64,000 bases of DNA, from contig BPGO01000003.1 in NCBI GenBank assembly GCA_026003075.1, forward strand, positions 51,066-115,065, read 5' to 3'. Below the pieces are notes generated by a model that was not told where the DNA came from, ran no database searches, and saw only the letters and a list, made by a program, of their open reading frames with translations. The translations under genes and the position numbers were made by a program. This DNA is from Fimbriimonadales bacterium (GTDB taxonomy: Bacteria > Armatimonadota > Fimbriimonadia > Fimbriimonadales > GBS-DC). Positions 51,941 to 62,983 of the stretch are shown here, in pieces. The number at the start of each line of letters is the position of its first letter. Position 1 is the first letter of the stretch.

Positions 51941-54268
51941 ATGGTGAACGGCAACCTGCGGAAAGGACACGCTGTGGTGTTGGGCGCGGGCACAATGGGA
52001 AGTGGGATCGCCGCGCTGCTCTCCAGTATCGGCTGGCGCGTGCATCTACTCGATCAGGGCGATGTCGCCCAACAAGCCCTCGAACGCCTTCAAAAATCGG
52101 GGGCGTTTTATCAAGCGGATGATGCCAAACGGATTACTCCGGGTAATGTAGAAACCGATTTAGACTGTGTTGCCCATGCCGACTGGGTCGTGGAAGCCAT
52201 CGTGGAGCAGATTGAGCCGAAGCGTACCCTGTGGCGCGAGGTGGCGCAGCGCGTTCACCCCGACGCCGTGCTGAGTTCAAACACTTCAGGATTGGGCATC
52301 GCTGAAATCGCACAGGCACTGCCCGAACCCTTGCGACGCCGATTTTTGGGAACGCACTTTTTCAATCCCCCGCGCGTGATGCGCCTGCTGGAACTCATCC
52401 CCACCGATGACACCGACCCCGACCTGACAACGCGCTTCACCACTTTCGCAGAGCGCTTGCTGGGCAAGCGCGTCGTGCTGGCGAAAGACCGCCCCGGCTT
52501 CATCACCACGCGCATCGGCATCTACGCGATGATGCAAGCGTTGGCAAGCGCAATAAAATACAACATCCCTCCAGAAGAGGCAGACCTGCTGCTGGGACCA
52601 CTGGTGGGGCGACCGCGCAGTGGCGTGTTCCGCTTGACCGACCTCGTGGGGCTGGATGTGGCGCATAACATCGTGCGAAACCAGAAAGAACGCCTCCCCG
52701 ATGACTCGTATATCCAGTCGTTGGAGCTGCCTCCGCTATGGCACTCCCTGATTGAACAGGGCAGACTGGGCGAGAAGACGGGCGCGGGGTTCTATAAACG
52801 CGAAGGCAAGGAGATTTTCACGCTGGACTACGCCCGTTTGGAATACCGCCCACGCACCGAGCCGAATCTGCCGATTGACCCCAGCCTAAGCCGCGCGCCC
52901 TACCCAGAACGGCTGTCCGCGCTCCTGAACATGCCCGACCCCTACGGCGCGTTCTTCCGTGAGGCGTTCCTCCTCCCGCTCGCCTACGGCGCAGAAGTGA
53001 TGCCCGATGTCGCTTATGACATCCCCTCCCTCGATATGGCGATGCGTTTGGGCTATAACTGGGAACTCGGCGTGTTCGAAACTTGGGACGCGCTGGGCGA
53101 GGCAGGACGCAACGCATTAGCACGCCTGAACCTGCCCCAGGAACCAACGACGCTCCGCATGCTGCGCAATGCAGGACTACAAACCTTCTATATGACGCGC
53201 GGCGCAAGCCGACTCTATTTCGAACCGCGCGACGAACAAGGCGACTATGTCCCGTTAGTGACCCCCCAATTCTTCGTGCGACTCGATGAGCTGGCAACGA
53301 TGGGCAGGGTGATTGCCGAGACCCCCGAGTGTCGCGTGATCGACTTGGGCGACGATGTGGCGTGCGTGGAGTTCCGCACGAAGGCGAATGTGCTAACCCC
53401 CAGCCTAATGGAGTTCGTGGCGGAGTTTCTGGAGACCGCCGAGCGCACGCATGTGGGCGTAGTTATCGGCAATCAGGGGCGCATGTTCTCCGCAGGGTTC
53501 AACCTGAACCTATTTCTGGAGTATATCGCCAAGCAGGATTGGCAGGGCATGGAGCGCGGGTTGCAACTGCTGCAGGGGCTAAGCCAGCGCATTCGATACT
53601 GCGGGGTGCCCGTGGTGGCGGCGGTGCATGGCTACGCGCTGGGGGGCGGATTGGAGATCGTGCTGCCGTGCGTGCATGTGCATGCGCATGTGGATACAGG
53701 CCTGGGCTTGCCTGAAGCGTCTGTGGGGCTGATTCCAGCCGGGGGTGGCACGACGCTGACGACCCGACGCGCCTTGCAAAACCTACCCCCTGAAGCAGAC
53801 CCCGTGCCCCACTTGCGACAGCCGTTCCTCACCCTCGCCTACGGCAAGCGCAGCACGAATGCGTTCGAAGCGTACTCCCTCGGCTTCCTGCGCGAACGCG
53901 ATACGCTATGCTGGAACATCGACCGCCTACTGTATGAAGCGAAGCAGCATGTGCTTGCGCTCTCGCGGGCGGGCTATCGCCCTGCAGAGCCAACCCCCAT
54001 CATGGCAGTCGGCGTCAACGGCTACAGTCGCCTGATGATGGAAATCCACTGGATGCATCAGGCGGGGCAAATCAGCGACCACGACCGCCTCATCGCCGAA
54101 AAAATCGCCTATGTGATGACAGGCGGCGATTTGCGCGATGCGACCCCCATGCCCGAAGAGCATTTCCACGCCCTCGAACGGCAGGTGTTTATCGAACTCT
54201 GCCAGACCGAGAAGACGGCGGAGCGCATTCGGCACATGCTGGAGACAGGCAAGCCATTGAGAAATTAA
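51941..54268 (+). CDS. fadN: 3-hydroxyacyl-CoA dehydrogenase / enoyl-CoA hydratase
   Basis: VLGAGTMGSGI, SNTSG, GTHFFNPPR, ALGGGLE, GLIPAGGG, TGKPLRN; SD GGAGG before ATG 51941. Confidence 0.9.
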   Translation: MVNGNLRKGHAVVLGAGTMGSGIAALLSSIGWRVHLLDQGDVAQQALERLQKSGAFYQADDAKRITPGNVETDLDCVAHADWVVEAIVEQIEPKRTLWREVAQRVHPDAVLSSNTSGLGIAEIAQALPEPLRRRFLGTHFFNPPRVMRLLELIPTDDTDPDLTTRFTTFAERLLGKRVVLAKDRPGFITTRIGIYAMMQALASAIKYNIPPEEADLLLGPLVGRPRSGVFRLTDLVGLDVAHNIVRNQKERLPDDSYIQSLELPPLWHSLIEQGRLGEKTGAGFYKREGKEIFTLDYARLEYRPRTEPNLPIDPSLSRAPYPERLSALLNMPDPYGAFFREAFLLPLAYGAEVMPDVAYDIPSLDMAMRLGYNWELGVFETWDALGEAGRNALARLNLPQEPTTLRMLRNAGLQTFYMTRGASRLYFEPRDEQGDYVPLVTPQFFVRLDELATMGRVIAETPECRVIDLGDDVACVEFRTKANVLTPSLMEFVAEFLETAERTHVGVVIGNQGRMFSAGFNLNLFLEYIAKQDWQGMERGLQLLQGLSQRIRYCGVPVVAAVHGYALGGGLEIVLPCVHVHAHVDTGLGLPEASVGLIPAGGGTTLTTRRALQNLPPEADPVPHLRQPFLTLAYGKRSTNAFEAYSLGFLRERDTLCWNIDRLLYEAKQHVLALSRAGYRPAEPTPIMAVGVNGYSRLMMEIHWMHQAGQISDHDRLIAEKIAYVMTGGDLRDATPMPEEHFHALERQVFIELCQTEKTAERIRHMLETGKPLRN

Positions 54269-54288
54269 CGCGCTCACCGCACTGGGCG

Positions 54289-56637
54289 TCAGGAACGCTT
54301 TTTGAACAGCACAACGGTTACGCCAACACCGCCTTCGGTGCTGGACGGGTGGTGATAACTGCGCACCTGTGGGTGGGTTTTGAGGTAGTCCCAGACCATC
54401 TGGCGCAGGGCGCCTGTGCCCTTACCGTGCTGGATGCGTACGCTGTCATAGCCCGCCAGAATCGCATCGTCGAGATACTTTTCCAGCAGGGGTTGCGCCT
54501 CTTCCACACGCATCCCGTGCAGGTCTAACTCCAACGGCACAGGCGCGGCAGGGCGCGGCTTGCTCACGCGCACGACAGGCTTGGGCTTAGCGGGCGTCTC
54601 CAGCGCCTCAAGGTCGTTGAGGGCGACTGGAATGCGCAACTTGCCCACATAGACCTGCGCTTGATTGCCGCTCGGCAACTCCGCCAGAGTGCCTATCTGT
54701 CCGAGGCTGCGGATGCGCACCCGCATGCCGACCTCCCATTGAGGAGTTGCCTCATGAGGGGTTCCGTGCAGGGGTTCCACAGACTGCGCGGCGCGGGCTT
54801 TGTCCATAAGCGTTGCAAGCTGTTTGTGCAGTTGGACGGTTTGCTTGCTTTCGCGTGGAGCTTGACGCAGTTGGCGCAGGATTTGCTCCGCTTCCGCGCG
54901 GAGTTGCGCCAGATACGCTTCCATCTCGTGTTGAAGGCGTTGCTTCGCGGTGCGCTTCTCCTGTTCCAGCGCGGCGCGTTCCTCGTTCAGGCGCGCTTCT
55001 TTCTGGGCGAGTTCGGCGAGTTTGGTGCGCCATTCCGCTTCGGCTTGCTCAGCGGCGCGCCGAGCGCGGTCTAAACCGTGAATCATCGCGGATAGGCTGA
55101 CCTCCTGTGCGCCGAGCGATTCGGTCGCGCGAGCCGCCACCCCTTCGGATAGCCCCAACCGTCGCGCAATCTCGATGGCGTGGCTCGCGCCCGGCACCCC
55201 CATCAACAAGCGGTAGGTGGGCTGCAGGGTCTCCAAATCGAACTCCATCGCGGCGTTGATGAGCAGAGGGTGGTGATAGGCGAAGGCTTTGAGCTCGCCG
55301 TAGTGCGTGGTGGCGACGACACGCGCCTCGCGCTCCAACAGGGTCTGCAGAATCGCCCGCGCCAGCGCCGCGCCCTCGGTGGGGTCGGTGCCCGCGCCCA
55401 GCTCATCCAACAGCACAAGACTGTTGCGACCCGCCTGCTCCAGATAGCGAATAATATGACGCATATGCCCCGAAAAGGTAGAAAGCGACTGCTGCAGGCT
55501 CTGCTCGTCGCCAATATCGGCGAAGATGCCGTTCGGAATGGCGATGCGCGCCCCCTCCTTGGCAGGGATATGAAGCCCCAGCAGGCTCATCAGCGTGAGC
55601 AGTCCCAGCGTTTTCAGGCTCACGGTCTTGCCGCCAGTGTTCGGACCGGTAATCAGCACGCCAAGCCACTCGCGCCCCAATTCGATATCGATGGGTTTGA
55701 CGACCTCGCGGGGAATCATCGGATGGCGTGCCCCGCGCAGCCGCCAGACGCCGTCGGTATTAATCTGGGGCATGGTGCAATCCCAATCCAGCGCGAGCCT
55801 ACCTGCCGCGAGAATGGCGTCGAGGTTCGCCAACGCGTCGATAGTCTCCCACAGCGCGCGGGCTTCCGCTTCCACACCGCGCGAAAGACCGTAGAGGATT
55901 GCCTCGATCTCTTCCTGCTCGGCGGTTTGCAGCTCGCGTAAACGGTTGCCCAGCTCCACCAGCGATTCGGGTTCAATAAACAAAGTGGCGCCGCTTGCGC
56001 TGGCGTCGTGAACAATCCCCTTGACGCGCCCACGCGAATCGCTGCGCACAGGCAAACAGTAGCGTCCACTGCGGAGGGTGTAGCGTGGCTCCTGCAACGC
56101 TCCGCCAAGATTCTGGATGAGTCGCTGGAGCTCCTCCGTGATGCGCTTATGGAGCCGCTGCTGGTCGCGGCGAAGCTGTGCCAGGCGTTCGCTCGCAGTG
56201 TCCAACACCTCACCCGCAGGAGAAATGCATAGCCCGATTTGCTTTTCCAACGCGCTGAGGGTATGGAGCCGTTCAGCGTAGACGGCAAGACGCGGATAGC
56301 GTTCGGCACGCGGCAACAGGTGGCTTTTGTAAAGGCGCGACGCTTGTAACAGATGCTGAATGTGGAGCAGCTCTTCAGGGCTGAGAACGCCTCCTTTCTC
56401 CGCTTTCTGCACTGCGGGGCGAGGTTCAGCAACACGCAGGGGGGGAGGCGGCTCACGCAGCAGCAGACGCGCAGCGTCGTCCGTTTCCTGCAAACGCAGG
56501 CTCACCAACGCCGCGTCACGACTCAATTCCCGTGCCAGCGCGTAGTCTCGCCCCAGCGGCGTCTCGGCACGCTTCGACCACTCCTGACGCACATAGTCCA
56601 ACTCCAGCACCTTCAGCGTGTGCGCGTCCCAGTCCAT
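54289..56637 (-). CDS. mutS2: endonuclease MutS2
   Basis: ITGPNTGGKT, DIGDEQSLQQSLSTFSGH, LDELGAGTDP; Smr domain LDLHG..HGKGTG. Confidence 0.96.
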   Translation of the reverse strand: MDWDAHTLKVLELDYVRQEWSKRAETPLGRDYALARELSRDAALVSLRLQETDDAARLLLREPPPPLRVAEPRPAVQKAEKGGVLSPEELLHIQHLLQASRLYKSHLLPRAERYPRLAVYAERLHTLSALEKQIGLCISPAGEVLDTASERLAQLRRDQQRLHKRITEELQRLIQNLGGALQEPRYTLRSGRYCLPVRSDSRGRVKGIVHDASASGATLFIEPESLVELGNRLRELQTAEQEEIEAILYGLSRGVEAEARALWETIDALANLDAILAAGRLALDWDCTMPQINTDGVWRLRGARHPMIPREVVKPIDIELGREWLGVLITGPNTGGKTVSLKTLGLLTLMSLLGLHIPAKEGARIAIPNGIFADIGDEQSLQQSLSTFSGHMRHIIRYLEQAGRNSLVLLDELGAGTDPTEGAALARAILQTLLEREARVVATTHYGELKAFAYHHPLLINAAMEFDLETLQPTYRLLMGVPGASHAIEIARRLGLSEGVAARATESLGAQEVSLSAMIHGLDRARRAAEQAEAEWRTKLAELAQKEARLNEERAALEQEKRTAKQRLQHEMEAYLAQLRAEAEQILRQLRQAPRESKQTVQLHKQLATLMDKARAAQSVEPLHGTPHEATPQWEVGMRVRIRSLGQIGTLAELPSGNQAQVYVGKLRIPVALNDLEALETPAKPKPVVRVSKPRPAAPVPLELDLHGMRVEEAQPLLEKYLDDAILAGYDSVRIQHGKGTGALRQMVWDYLKTHPQVRSYHHPSSTEGGVGVTVVLFKKRS

Positions 56638-56723
56638 CAAACGAAATTGTACCAGAGACTGCTCAAAGGGCACGGGCAGGAGTCTGTTCGCCGCAAGCGA
56701 ATCCGTTGCTTTAGGGAGGTGCA

Positions 56724-57854
56724 ATGATGCGAATCGTTAACATCAAACTACAGTTGCTGGAGTATCCGCTGGAGACGCCGTTTTATCCCTCATGGCTGCC
56801 CGGCTACCCCCAGACAGCGCATCGGGTGAACCTGCTCACTCTGGAGACCGATGAGGGAATCAAGGGCTATGCGGCGGGGGTCGCGTTCGCTCGCGAGGGT
56901 GCAGGGTTGGAGCAGCTGCTGATGCCGTTCCTATTCGGGCGCGACCCAATGCAGGTCGAAGAGGTGGTTCAAATCGCGCGCTCGGCGACCTTTCTCGGAC
57001 TGCGCCTGTGGTGGATTGAAATGGCGTTTTGGGACATCATCGGCAAAGCGTTGGGGCAACCCGTGTACCGCTTGCTGGGGGGCTATCAGGAACGGGTGCG
57101 CGCCTATGCCAGTACAGGCGAAATTCAGGACGCCTCACAGCGACTGGAGTACATCGCCCAAGTGCGTGAAATGGGGATTCGGGCGGTCAAGCTGCGCTTC
57201 CATAGTTGGGATTGGCGCGAGGATATGCAGGTCGCCCGCGCCGTGCGGGAACAGTACCCCGACATGGAGATTATGGTCGACGCCAACATGGGCTGGCGCG
57301 TGGCGGGGATGGCGCCTGCGCCCAAGTGGGATGTGCCGACCGCGCTCCGCGTGGCGGAAGAACTCGCGGAACTGGGGGTGCGCTGGCTCGAAGAACCGTT
57401 GGACAAAAACGACTACGAAGGCTATCGCCGCTTGCGTGAAAAATCGCCCGTCGCCCTCGCCAGCGGGGAGATGAACCAAGACCTGCACGAGTTCCGGGAG
57501 TATCTGGTGCGCGATGCGCTCGATATCCTGCAGCCCGATGTGGCGCTTTCGGGCGGGATTCTGGTGGGCAAGAAAATCGCCGCGATGGCAGAAGCGTTCG
57601 GCAAACAAATCGCACCGCACACTTGGACAAGCGGACTGGGGTTGGCAGCGAACCTGCAGCTGATGGGCGCATGCCCGAACTGCGAATGGGCGGAGTTCCC
57701 CTTCGAGCCACCAGGTTGGGACCTCCGCGCCCGCGATTTCTTCTTGACGGAGCCAATTATGCCCGACGCCGACGGCTACCTCCCTGTGCCCAGCAAGCCC
57801 GGTCTGGGAGTGGCAATTGACGAGGAAGCCGTACAACGCTACGCGGTTTCGTAA
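56724..57854 (+). CDS. mandelate racemase / muconate lactonizing enzyme family protein
   Basis: WDIIGKALGQPVYRLLGG, MVDAN, WLEEP, GE, QPD, PGLG. Confidence 0.9.
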   Translation: MMRIVNIKLQLLEYPLETPFYPSWLPGYPQTAHRVNLLTLETDEGIKGYAAGVAFAREGAGLEQLLMPFLFGRDPMQVEEVVQIARSATFLGLRLWWIEMAFWDIIGKALGQPVYRLLGGYQERVRAYASTGEIQDASQRLEYIAQVREMGIRAVKLRFHSWDWREDMQVARAVREQYPDMEIMVDANMGWRVAGMAPAPKWDVPTALRVAEELAELGVRWLEEPLDKNDYEGYRRLREKSPVALASGEMNQDLHEFREYLVRDALDILQPDVALSGGILVGKKIAAMAEAFGKQIAPHTWTSGLGLAANLQLMGACPNCEWAEFPFEPPGWDLRARDFFLTEPIMPDADGYLPVPSKPGLGVAIDEEAVQRYAVS

Positions 57855-57857
57855 CGG

Positions 57858-58754
57858 CTATCTCTCGCGTTCTACCGCATAGTGTGCCAACCAGCGGAGC
57901 GGGTTCGCACGCTCGTCGAAGCCGTTCAGGGCGTTGAGTGCATCCTGTAGCGCGTGCCGCGCGTGGGCGCGAGCGGTCTCGACGCCAAACAGAGCGGTAT
58001 AGGTCGCCTTCCGCTGCGCGCGATCGGAGCCGGCAGGCTTGCCAATCTGTTCGGTGGGAGCGATTTCGTCGAGGATGTCGTCCGTAATCTGGAACGCCAG
58101 CCCCAACGCGCGGCTATAGGCATCCAGCGACTGGAGAGCGGTTGCATCCGCACCCATCAACAGCGCCCCCGAAAGCACACACGCGCGGATAAGCGCACCC
58201 GTCTTGTGCGCGTGGATGAAGTGCAAAGTCGCCTCTGAGACCACCTGCCCCTCGTTGAGCAGATCTTCCACCTGCCCGCCACACATCCCCTGAGTGCCTG
58301 ACGCTTCGGCGATGAGGCGCACGGTACGCACCACGCGCTCAGGCGGGCTGTGACGCACTTGTTCCGCGAGGAGTTCAAACGCTTTCGCAAACAGCGCATC
58401 ACCCGCCAGAATCGCCATCGCCTCACCATACTTGACCCAGACCGTCGGCTGACCACGACGCAGACGGTCGTTGTCCATCGCGGGCAGATCGTCATGCACG
58501 AGGCTAAAAGCGTGGATAAGTTCCAGCGCACAGGCAGTGGGCATCACCTGCTCGGCATCGCCCCCCAGCGACTCCGCAGCCGCAATACACAGAATAGGAC
58601 GCAACCGTTTCCCTGCCCCCAGCGCAGCGTAGCGCAGCGCCTCCGGCAAAACACGCGGCAACGGCGAGTCGCCCGACAAGGCGCGCGCCAACGCCGACTC
58701 CACACGCGCCTTACGGGGAATGACATAAGCGTCCAACTGCGCCCGCCAGTCCAT
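57858..58754 (-). CDS. ispA: polyprenyl (farnesyl/geranylgeranyl) diphosphate synthase
   Basis: GKRLRP, HDDLPAMDND..RRG, FQITDDILD. Confidence 0.92.
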   Translation of the reverse strand: MDWRAQLDAYVIPRKARVESALARALSGDSPLPRVLPEALRYAALGAGKRLRPILCIAAAESLGGDAEQVMPTACALELIHAFSLVHDDLPAMDNDRLRRGQPTVWVKYGEAMAILAGDALFAKAFELLAEQVRHSPPERVVRTVRLIAEASGTQGMCGGQVEDLLNEGQVVSEATLHFIHAHKTGALIRACVLSGALLMGADATALQSLDAYSRALGLAFQITDDILDEIAPTEQIGKPAGSDRAQRKATYTALFGVETARAHARHALQDALNALNGFDERANPLRWLAHYAVERER

Positions 58755-58811
58755 AGCATGAGAATACCTAAAACAGAGAGACGAATCGCGGTATAATTAG
58801 CGTTCCACGCG

Positions 58812-61664
58812 ATGCAAATTTTTCTGGGCGCACCGTATCGGGAACTGATTGAAGCGTCGCGCCAAATACTGGGCAACTCATGCAGGCTGCTCTTACCGTC
58901 AGGCGCGGCGCGGCTCATCGGGGGAGCAGACCACGCAATCTACGACTGGCACGGCTTCCTCCGCAATCTGACGGGTATTGCCTGCGGGGCGCAACCCACA
59001 CCCGAAACTACTGCCCTGCTGGGCGAACTGTGCGAACAGTTACTAACCCCTCAGAGCTACTTCGGCAAAGTGCGCCAGTCGCCCCGTTTCCATAGTGCGC
59101 TCGCGCAGAACTTCTACCGCTGGAGTCTGGACGGCTTGACGCCAGACCTACTGGAGTATGGAGCGCAACAAACGCTGAGCCACTACGCCGCCCTCGCCGA
59201 ACTGGACGACGCCGCCCTGCAGAACGAGTGGCAACGCAAAACCGACGAACTCACGCAACTCTGGCGAGCGTGGCAACACGCCCTGACAGAGGCAAGGCTT
59301 CCCGAACCGATTCGCATGAAGCGCATGCTGCTGGACGCGCTGGACGCCGTAGAAAGCGTCCCTCCGCTCCTGTTGGCAGGATTCACAGAACTCACTGCGC
59401 TGGATTTGGAAGTCCTACGCCGACTGGATAGCAAGACCCAGGTAGGCATCGCGTTGCTCTACGATTCGGCTCAGCCCGAAAAATATGCCCCCAGCGAAAA
59501 ACTGCGCCAATTGCTCGCGCAGTGGGGCATCCCGGTTCAGGTGCAAACGCTCACCCCCACGCTCCCCACGCCCACGGGATTCTCGGTTGCGCCGACAGTG
59601 CGCGTCGTTATCCACGATACCCCGAACCTGCTGTACGAGGTGGAGACCGTCGCGCGTGAGGTGTTACGCCTCCAGCAGGAAGGCTTCGCGCTGGATGAGA
59701 TCGCCCTACTGGTGCGCCAGCCTGAGTCGATTCTGGAGACGCTGCAAGTGATTTTCGCCCGCTACGGAATCCCCATTCAAGGTGAGGGAACGCTTGCCTT
59801 AGAGCAGTCATGGCGGGTGCGCTGGCTGATGCAAGGGTTGCGACTGCTGGCGGGCATCGGCATCGGCGAGGAGTGGCTCCACTGGCTGGAACATCCCGCG
59901 CATGCATTAGACCCAGAATCGCTGCGCACGCTGCGCCGCTCCATGCGGCGTCATCTGCCGGCGACACAGTGGTTCGAACGCGCCCTACAACACGCCACAG
60001 ACCCCACACTCCAACGCCTGCTCCGCGACTTGGACACGCTGCGACCAATGCTTGGAGCCGACCTACCCCAAGTGGCGCAGCGGCTCATCCTGCGCTTGAA
60101 TGCGGATACGGAACACGCCACCGACCTGACCGAGTGGATGCAACTGATCAACGCCTACACCCGCGCATGGCGACAACGCACCCCTGCCCAAGCGATTGAA
60201 CTGCTGGAGCGTCTGGTCAGTGGCGCACGCTTCACCCGACGGTTGGGCGACGAGGGCGTGCAACTGGCACCGATAGAGCATGCCGATTTGGTCGGCGCAC
60301 GGGCTGTGTTTTTGCTCCAAGTGTTAGAGGGGACGCTGCCACGCCGACATCCCGACGACCCCTTCCTCCGCGAAGCCGAGCGTATCGCGCTCAACCAGGC
60401 GTTGCAGCACGAGCGCGTCCACCTGCCCACCCGCACGGATTACCAAGCGAGCGAGCCGATGCTGTTCCAACGTGCCCTACACACAGCACAGGAACGCCTC
60501 CACCTCAGCTACTCCCGTACCCAAAACAACGAAAGCGACGCGCTCCCCTCGTTCTATCTGGAAGAACTCAAAACGGCACACGGCGACGCCATAGAAACCC
60601 GCTTCTACCAAGTCGAGCAAATCGTCCCAGAGCAGGACCCGTGCCTACACCCCTACGATCAGGCGCTGCGTGAACCTGTTGGCTATGTCGAGCCGATGCC
60701 CTCTCTGCGACGCGAGGCGTCGCGTGCCGTCGTAGCGCACACCGACCGACGGTTCAGCGTCACCGAGTTGGAGACGCTAGTGCGATGCCCTTTCGAGCAT
60801 TTCGCTCGCTACATGCTGCGTTTACGCCCGCCGCAACGCGAGTTGAGCGTGCGCGATGTCGGCACCCTGACCCACAACGCGCTCTGTCGCGCCGTGCGCC
60901 AATCGCCCTCCCGCGCCAACGCCCAAGAGTGGGTTGATGCGCTCACCCAGCATGTGCGCGAAATTCTCCTCAGCAACGCGCCCGACTTGCCCGAATGGCA
61001 GGTACAAGTGTTGCACGCACTGGCGCAACGGCTACTGCGTCGCTTTGGGGGGCGCGAACCACGCTATCAAGCGCAGTTCGGCGTTATGCCGTCCGTGTGC
61101 GAGTGGGCGTTCGGCGACGCGGAAGCCGACGACGAAGAGCGCAACCGCACGGAGCCACTGCACAACCAGCAAGCCCCGCGCCCCGTCGCCTATCGACTCA
61201 ACAATGGGCAGACAATCTCATTGCGCGGCGTCATAGACCGCATCGACCTCAGCCCCGACCGCCGAGTAGCAATGGTGCTGGACTATAAGTTGGGGCGCGC
61301 GCCTTCCAAAAACGACCTCACCGAAGGACGGGCAATCCAGGGACTGCTCTACCTGCATGCAGTGCGCACCATCCTGCCACGCACGCAGGTCGTGTTGGCA
61401 TATGATCGGCTCAAAGCAGGACGGCGCATCCGCTTCGTACCGTACTCGGCGGAACTGGCGCAACGGTTCCGACGCATGGACGACGAGGATGCACAAAACT
61501 GCGTCGTACTCAGTGCGAGGGAGCAGAATCAGGCAGAGCAACGACTACGCAACCTGCTGACACAGGCGATTGCAGGGCTAAGTGCCGCTTCGATTGAGCC
61601 TACCCCTGGCGAACACTGTCGCCGTTGCCCATATGGCGACCTGTGTCGCCGCGCCGCGCGATAA
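58812..61664 (+). CDS. AddB/RexB-like inactive helicase with PD-(D/E)XK nuclease and Fe-S cysteines
   Basis: CPF...GVIDRIDL...LDYKLG...QGLLY...CRRCPYGDLC; no Walker A. Confidence 0.75.
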   Translation: MQIFLGAPYRELIEASRQILGNSCRLLLPSGAARLIGGADHAIYDWHGFLRNLTGIACGAQPTPETTALLGELCEQLLTPQSYFGKVRQSPRFHSALAQNFYRWSLDGLTPDLLEYGAQQTLSHYAALAELDDAALQNEWQRKTDELTQLWRAWQHALTEARLPEPIRMKRMLLDALDAVESVPPLLLAGFTELTALDLEVLRRLDSKTQVGIALLYDSAQPEKYAPSEKLRQLLAQWGIPVQVQTLTPTLPTPTGFSVAPTVRVVIHDTPNLLYEVETVAREVLRLQQEGFALDEIALLVRQPESILETLQVIFARYGIPIQGEGTLALEQSWRVRWLMQGLRLLAGIGIGEEWLHWLEHPAHALDPESLRTLRRSMRRHLPATQWFERALQHATDPTLQRLLRDLDTLRPMLGADLPQVAQRLILRLNADTEHATDLTEWMQLINAYTRAWRQRTPAQAIELLERLVSGARFTRRLGDEGVQLAPIEHADLVGARAVFLLQVLEGTLPRRHPDDPFLREAERIALNQALQHERVHLPTRTDYQASEPMLFQRALHTAQERLHLSYSRTQNNESDALPSFYLEELKTAHGDAIETRFYQVEQIVPEQDPCLHPYDQALREPVGYVEPMPSLRREASRAVVAHTDRRFSVTELETLVRCPFEHFARYMLRLRPPQRELSVRDVGTLTHNALCRAVRQSPSRANAQEWVDALTQHVREILLSNAPDLPEWQVQVLHALAQRLLRRFGGREPRYQAQFGVMPSVCEWAFGDAEADDEERNRTEPLHNQQAPRPVAYRLNNGQTISLRGVIDRIDLSPDRRVAMVLDYKLGRAPSKNDLTEGRAIQGLLYLHAVRTILPRTQVVLAYDRLKAGRRIRFVPYSAELAQRFRRMDDEDAQNCVVLSAREQNQAEQRLRNLLTQAIAGLSAASIEPTPGEHCRRCPYGDLCRRAAR

Positions 61665-61674
61665 GTGAACCTGC

Positions 61675-62529
61675 TTATTCCAGATACGCATAGACCACCC
61701 GCTCGCGGTTGCTGTAATCGCGCCGAATTTGAGGGTTTTTGAACCCCCAACGCGGCAACTGCTCGGCGAGGAGGGGTGCAAGGCGTGGGCTGGTCTCGAA
61801 CGCCAGCAACCCCGACGGCACAAGCACCCGCCGTGCGTCCAAAGCGAGATGGCGGTACGGACGCAGAGGGTCTTCGGAAGGGACAAGCAACGCGAGCCGC
61901 GGCTCGTACCGAGCGACTTCGGGGGGCAGCGCGTCCCACTCATCGGGCAGCACATACGGCGGGTTGCTCAATACCGCATGCGCGACACGCGAACACAACG
62001 CCGAAAGCCACTCGCCTTGAATCAACAACAAGCGCGACTCCAACCCCGCCCGACGGCGATTAATACGGGCAATCCGTAAAGCACGCCCACTGCGATCGAT
62101 GCCCACGCCACCCCACAGAGAAGCGTGCTTCAAACAGGCAATCGCAATCGCGCCGCTGCCCACACCGGCGTCAATTAAAATCGGTGAATCGAACTTCTGC
62201 GTCGCGGCCCACTCCAGAAATAGCTCCACCAGCAGCTCTGTTTCGGGGCGTGGAACGAGCACCCCGCGCCCGACCACAAGTTCCAACCCATAAAACCAGG
62301 CGCGTCGGGTAATGTAAGGAATCGGCTCGCGTTGGGCGCGACGGCGCACCCAACACTCAAAGCGGCGTTGTTGGCGTTCCGTAAGCGCATGCTCCGGATA
62401 CGCTGTCAAACGCGCCCGCTCCCAGCCCAGACACGCTGCGAGCAGAATCTCCGCCTCGCGACGCGCCTCGTCAATCCCTGCCGCACGCAACCGCGCCTGC
62501 GCTCGCGCCAATAACTCCCCAACCACCAT
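61675..62529 (-). CDS. prmC: release factor glutamine methyltransferase
   Basis: EPIPYI, LVPRPETELLV, DAGVGSG, SNPPY, EP..AL. Confidence 0.94.
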   Translation of the reverse strand: MVVGELLARAQARLRAAGIDEARREAEILLAACLGWERARLTAYPEHALTERQQRRFECWVRRRAQREPIPYITRRAWFYGLELVVGRGVLVPRPETELLVELFLEWAATQKFDSPILIDAGVGSGAIAIACLKHASLWGGVGIDRSGRALRIARINRRRAGLESRLLLIQGEWLSALCSRVAHAVLSNPPYVLPDEWDALPPEVARYEPRLALLVPSEDPLRPYRHLALDARRVLVPSGLLAFETSPRLAPLLAEQLPRWGFKNPQIRRDYSNRERVVYAYLE

Positions 62530-62612
62530 CGACGCCTATGATACCGCCTGCACGCTATCGCAGCAACAAGCGCATCGAGCAGGTATAATCTTAACCCTGG
62601 AGGTAAGTAGCG

Positions 62613-62909
62613 ATGCCGAATACAAAGTCTGCGAAGAAGGCACTGATTAAATCACAGAAGCGGCGACTGCGCAACCGCTCGACCAAGTCGGCAATTCATA
62701 CCTACACGCGGCGCGTGAAGCAACTGGCGGAAAAGGGCGACACAGAGGCAAGCATCGTAACCCTGCGTCGCGCGATTAGCCTTATCGATAAAGCCGTTAA
62801 GCGAGGTATCCTGCACAAGAACACAGGCAACCGCAAAAAGTCGCGCCTGATGATTGCTCTGAATAAGCGACTGGCACAGCTACAGGGCGAAACAAACACA
62901 TCGTCCTAA
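62613..62909 (+). CDS. rpsT: 30S ribosomal protein S20
   Basis: NTKSAKK, IDKAVKRGILHKN..RKKSRL. Confidence 0.97.
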   Translation: MPNTKSAKKALIKSQKRRLRNRSTKSAIHTYTRRVKQLAEKGDTEASIVTLRRAISLIDKAVKRGILHKNTGNRKKSRLMIALNKRLAQLQGETNTSS

Positions 62910-62936
62910 ACCCCTCGCGCCCCAGAGCAGATTTCG

Positions 62937-62983
62937 CGATTCCGCGTTTCGCAAGGAATGACAACAAGCGAAGCGCGGAATCG
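62937..62983 (+). terminator. 16-bp hairpin after rpsT
   Basis: cgattccgcgtttcgc / gcgaagcgcggaatcg with one G-U pair on +; AT-rich tail. Confidence 0.6.
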
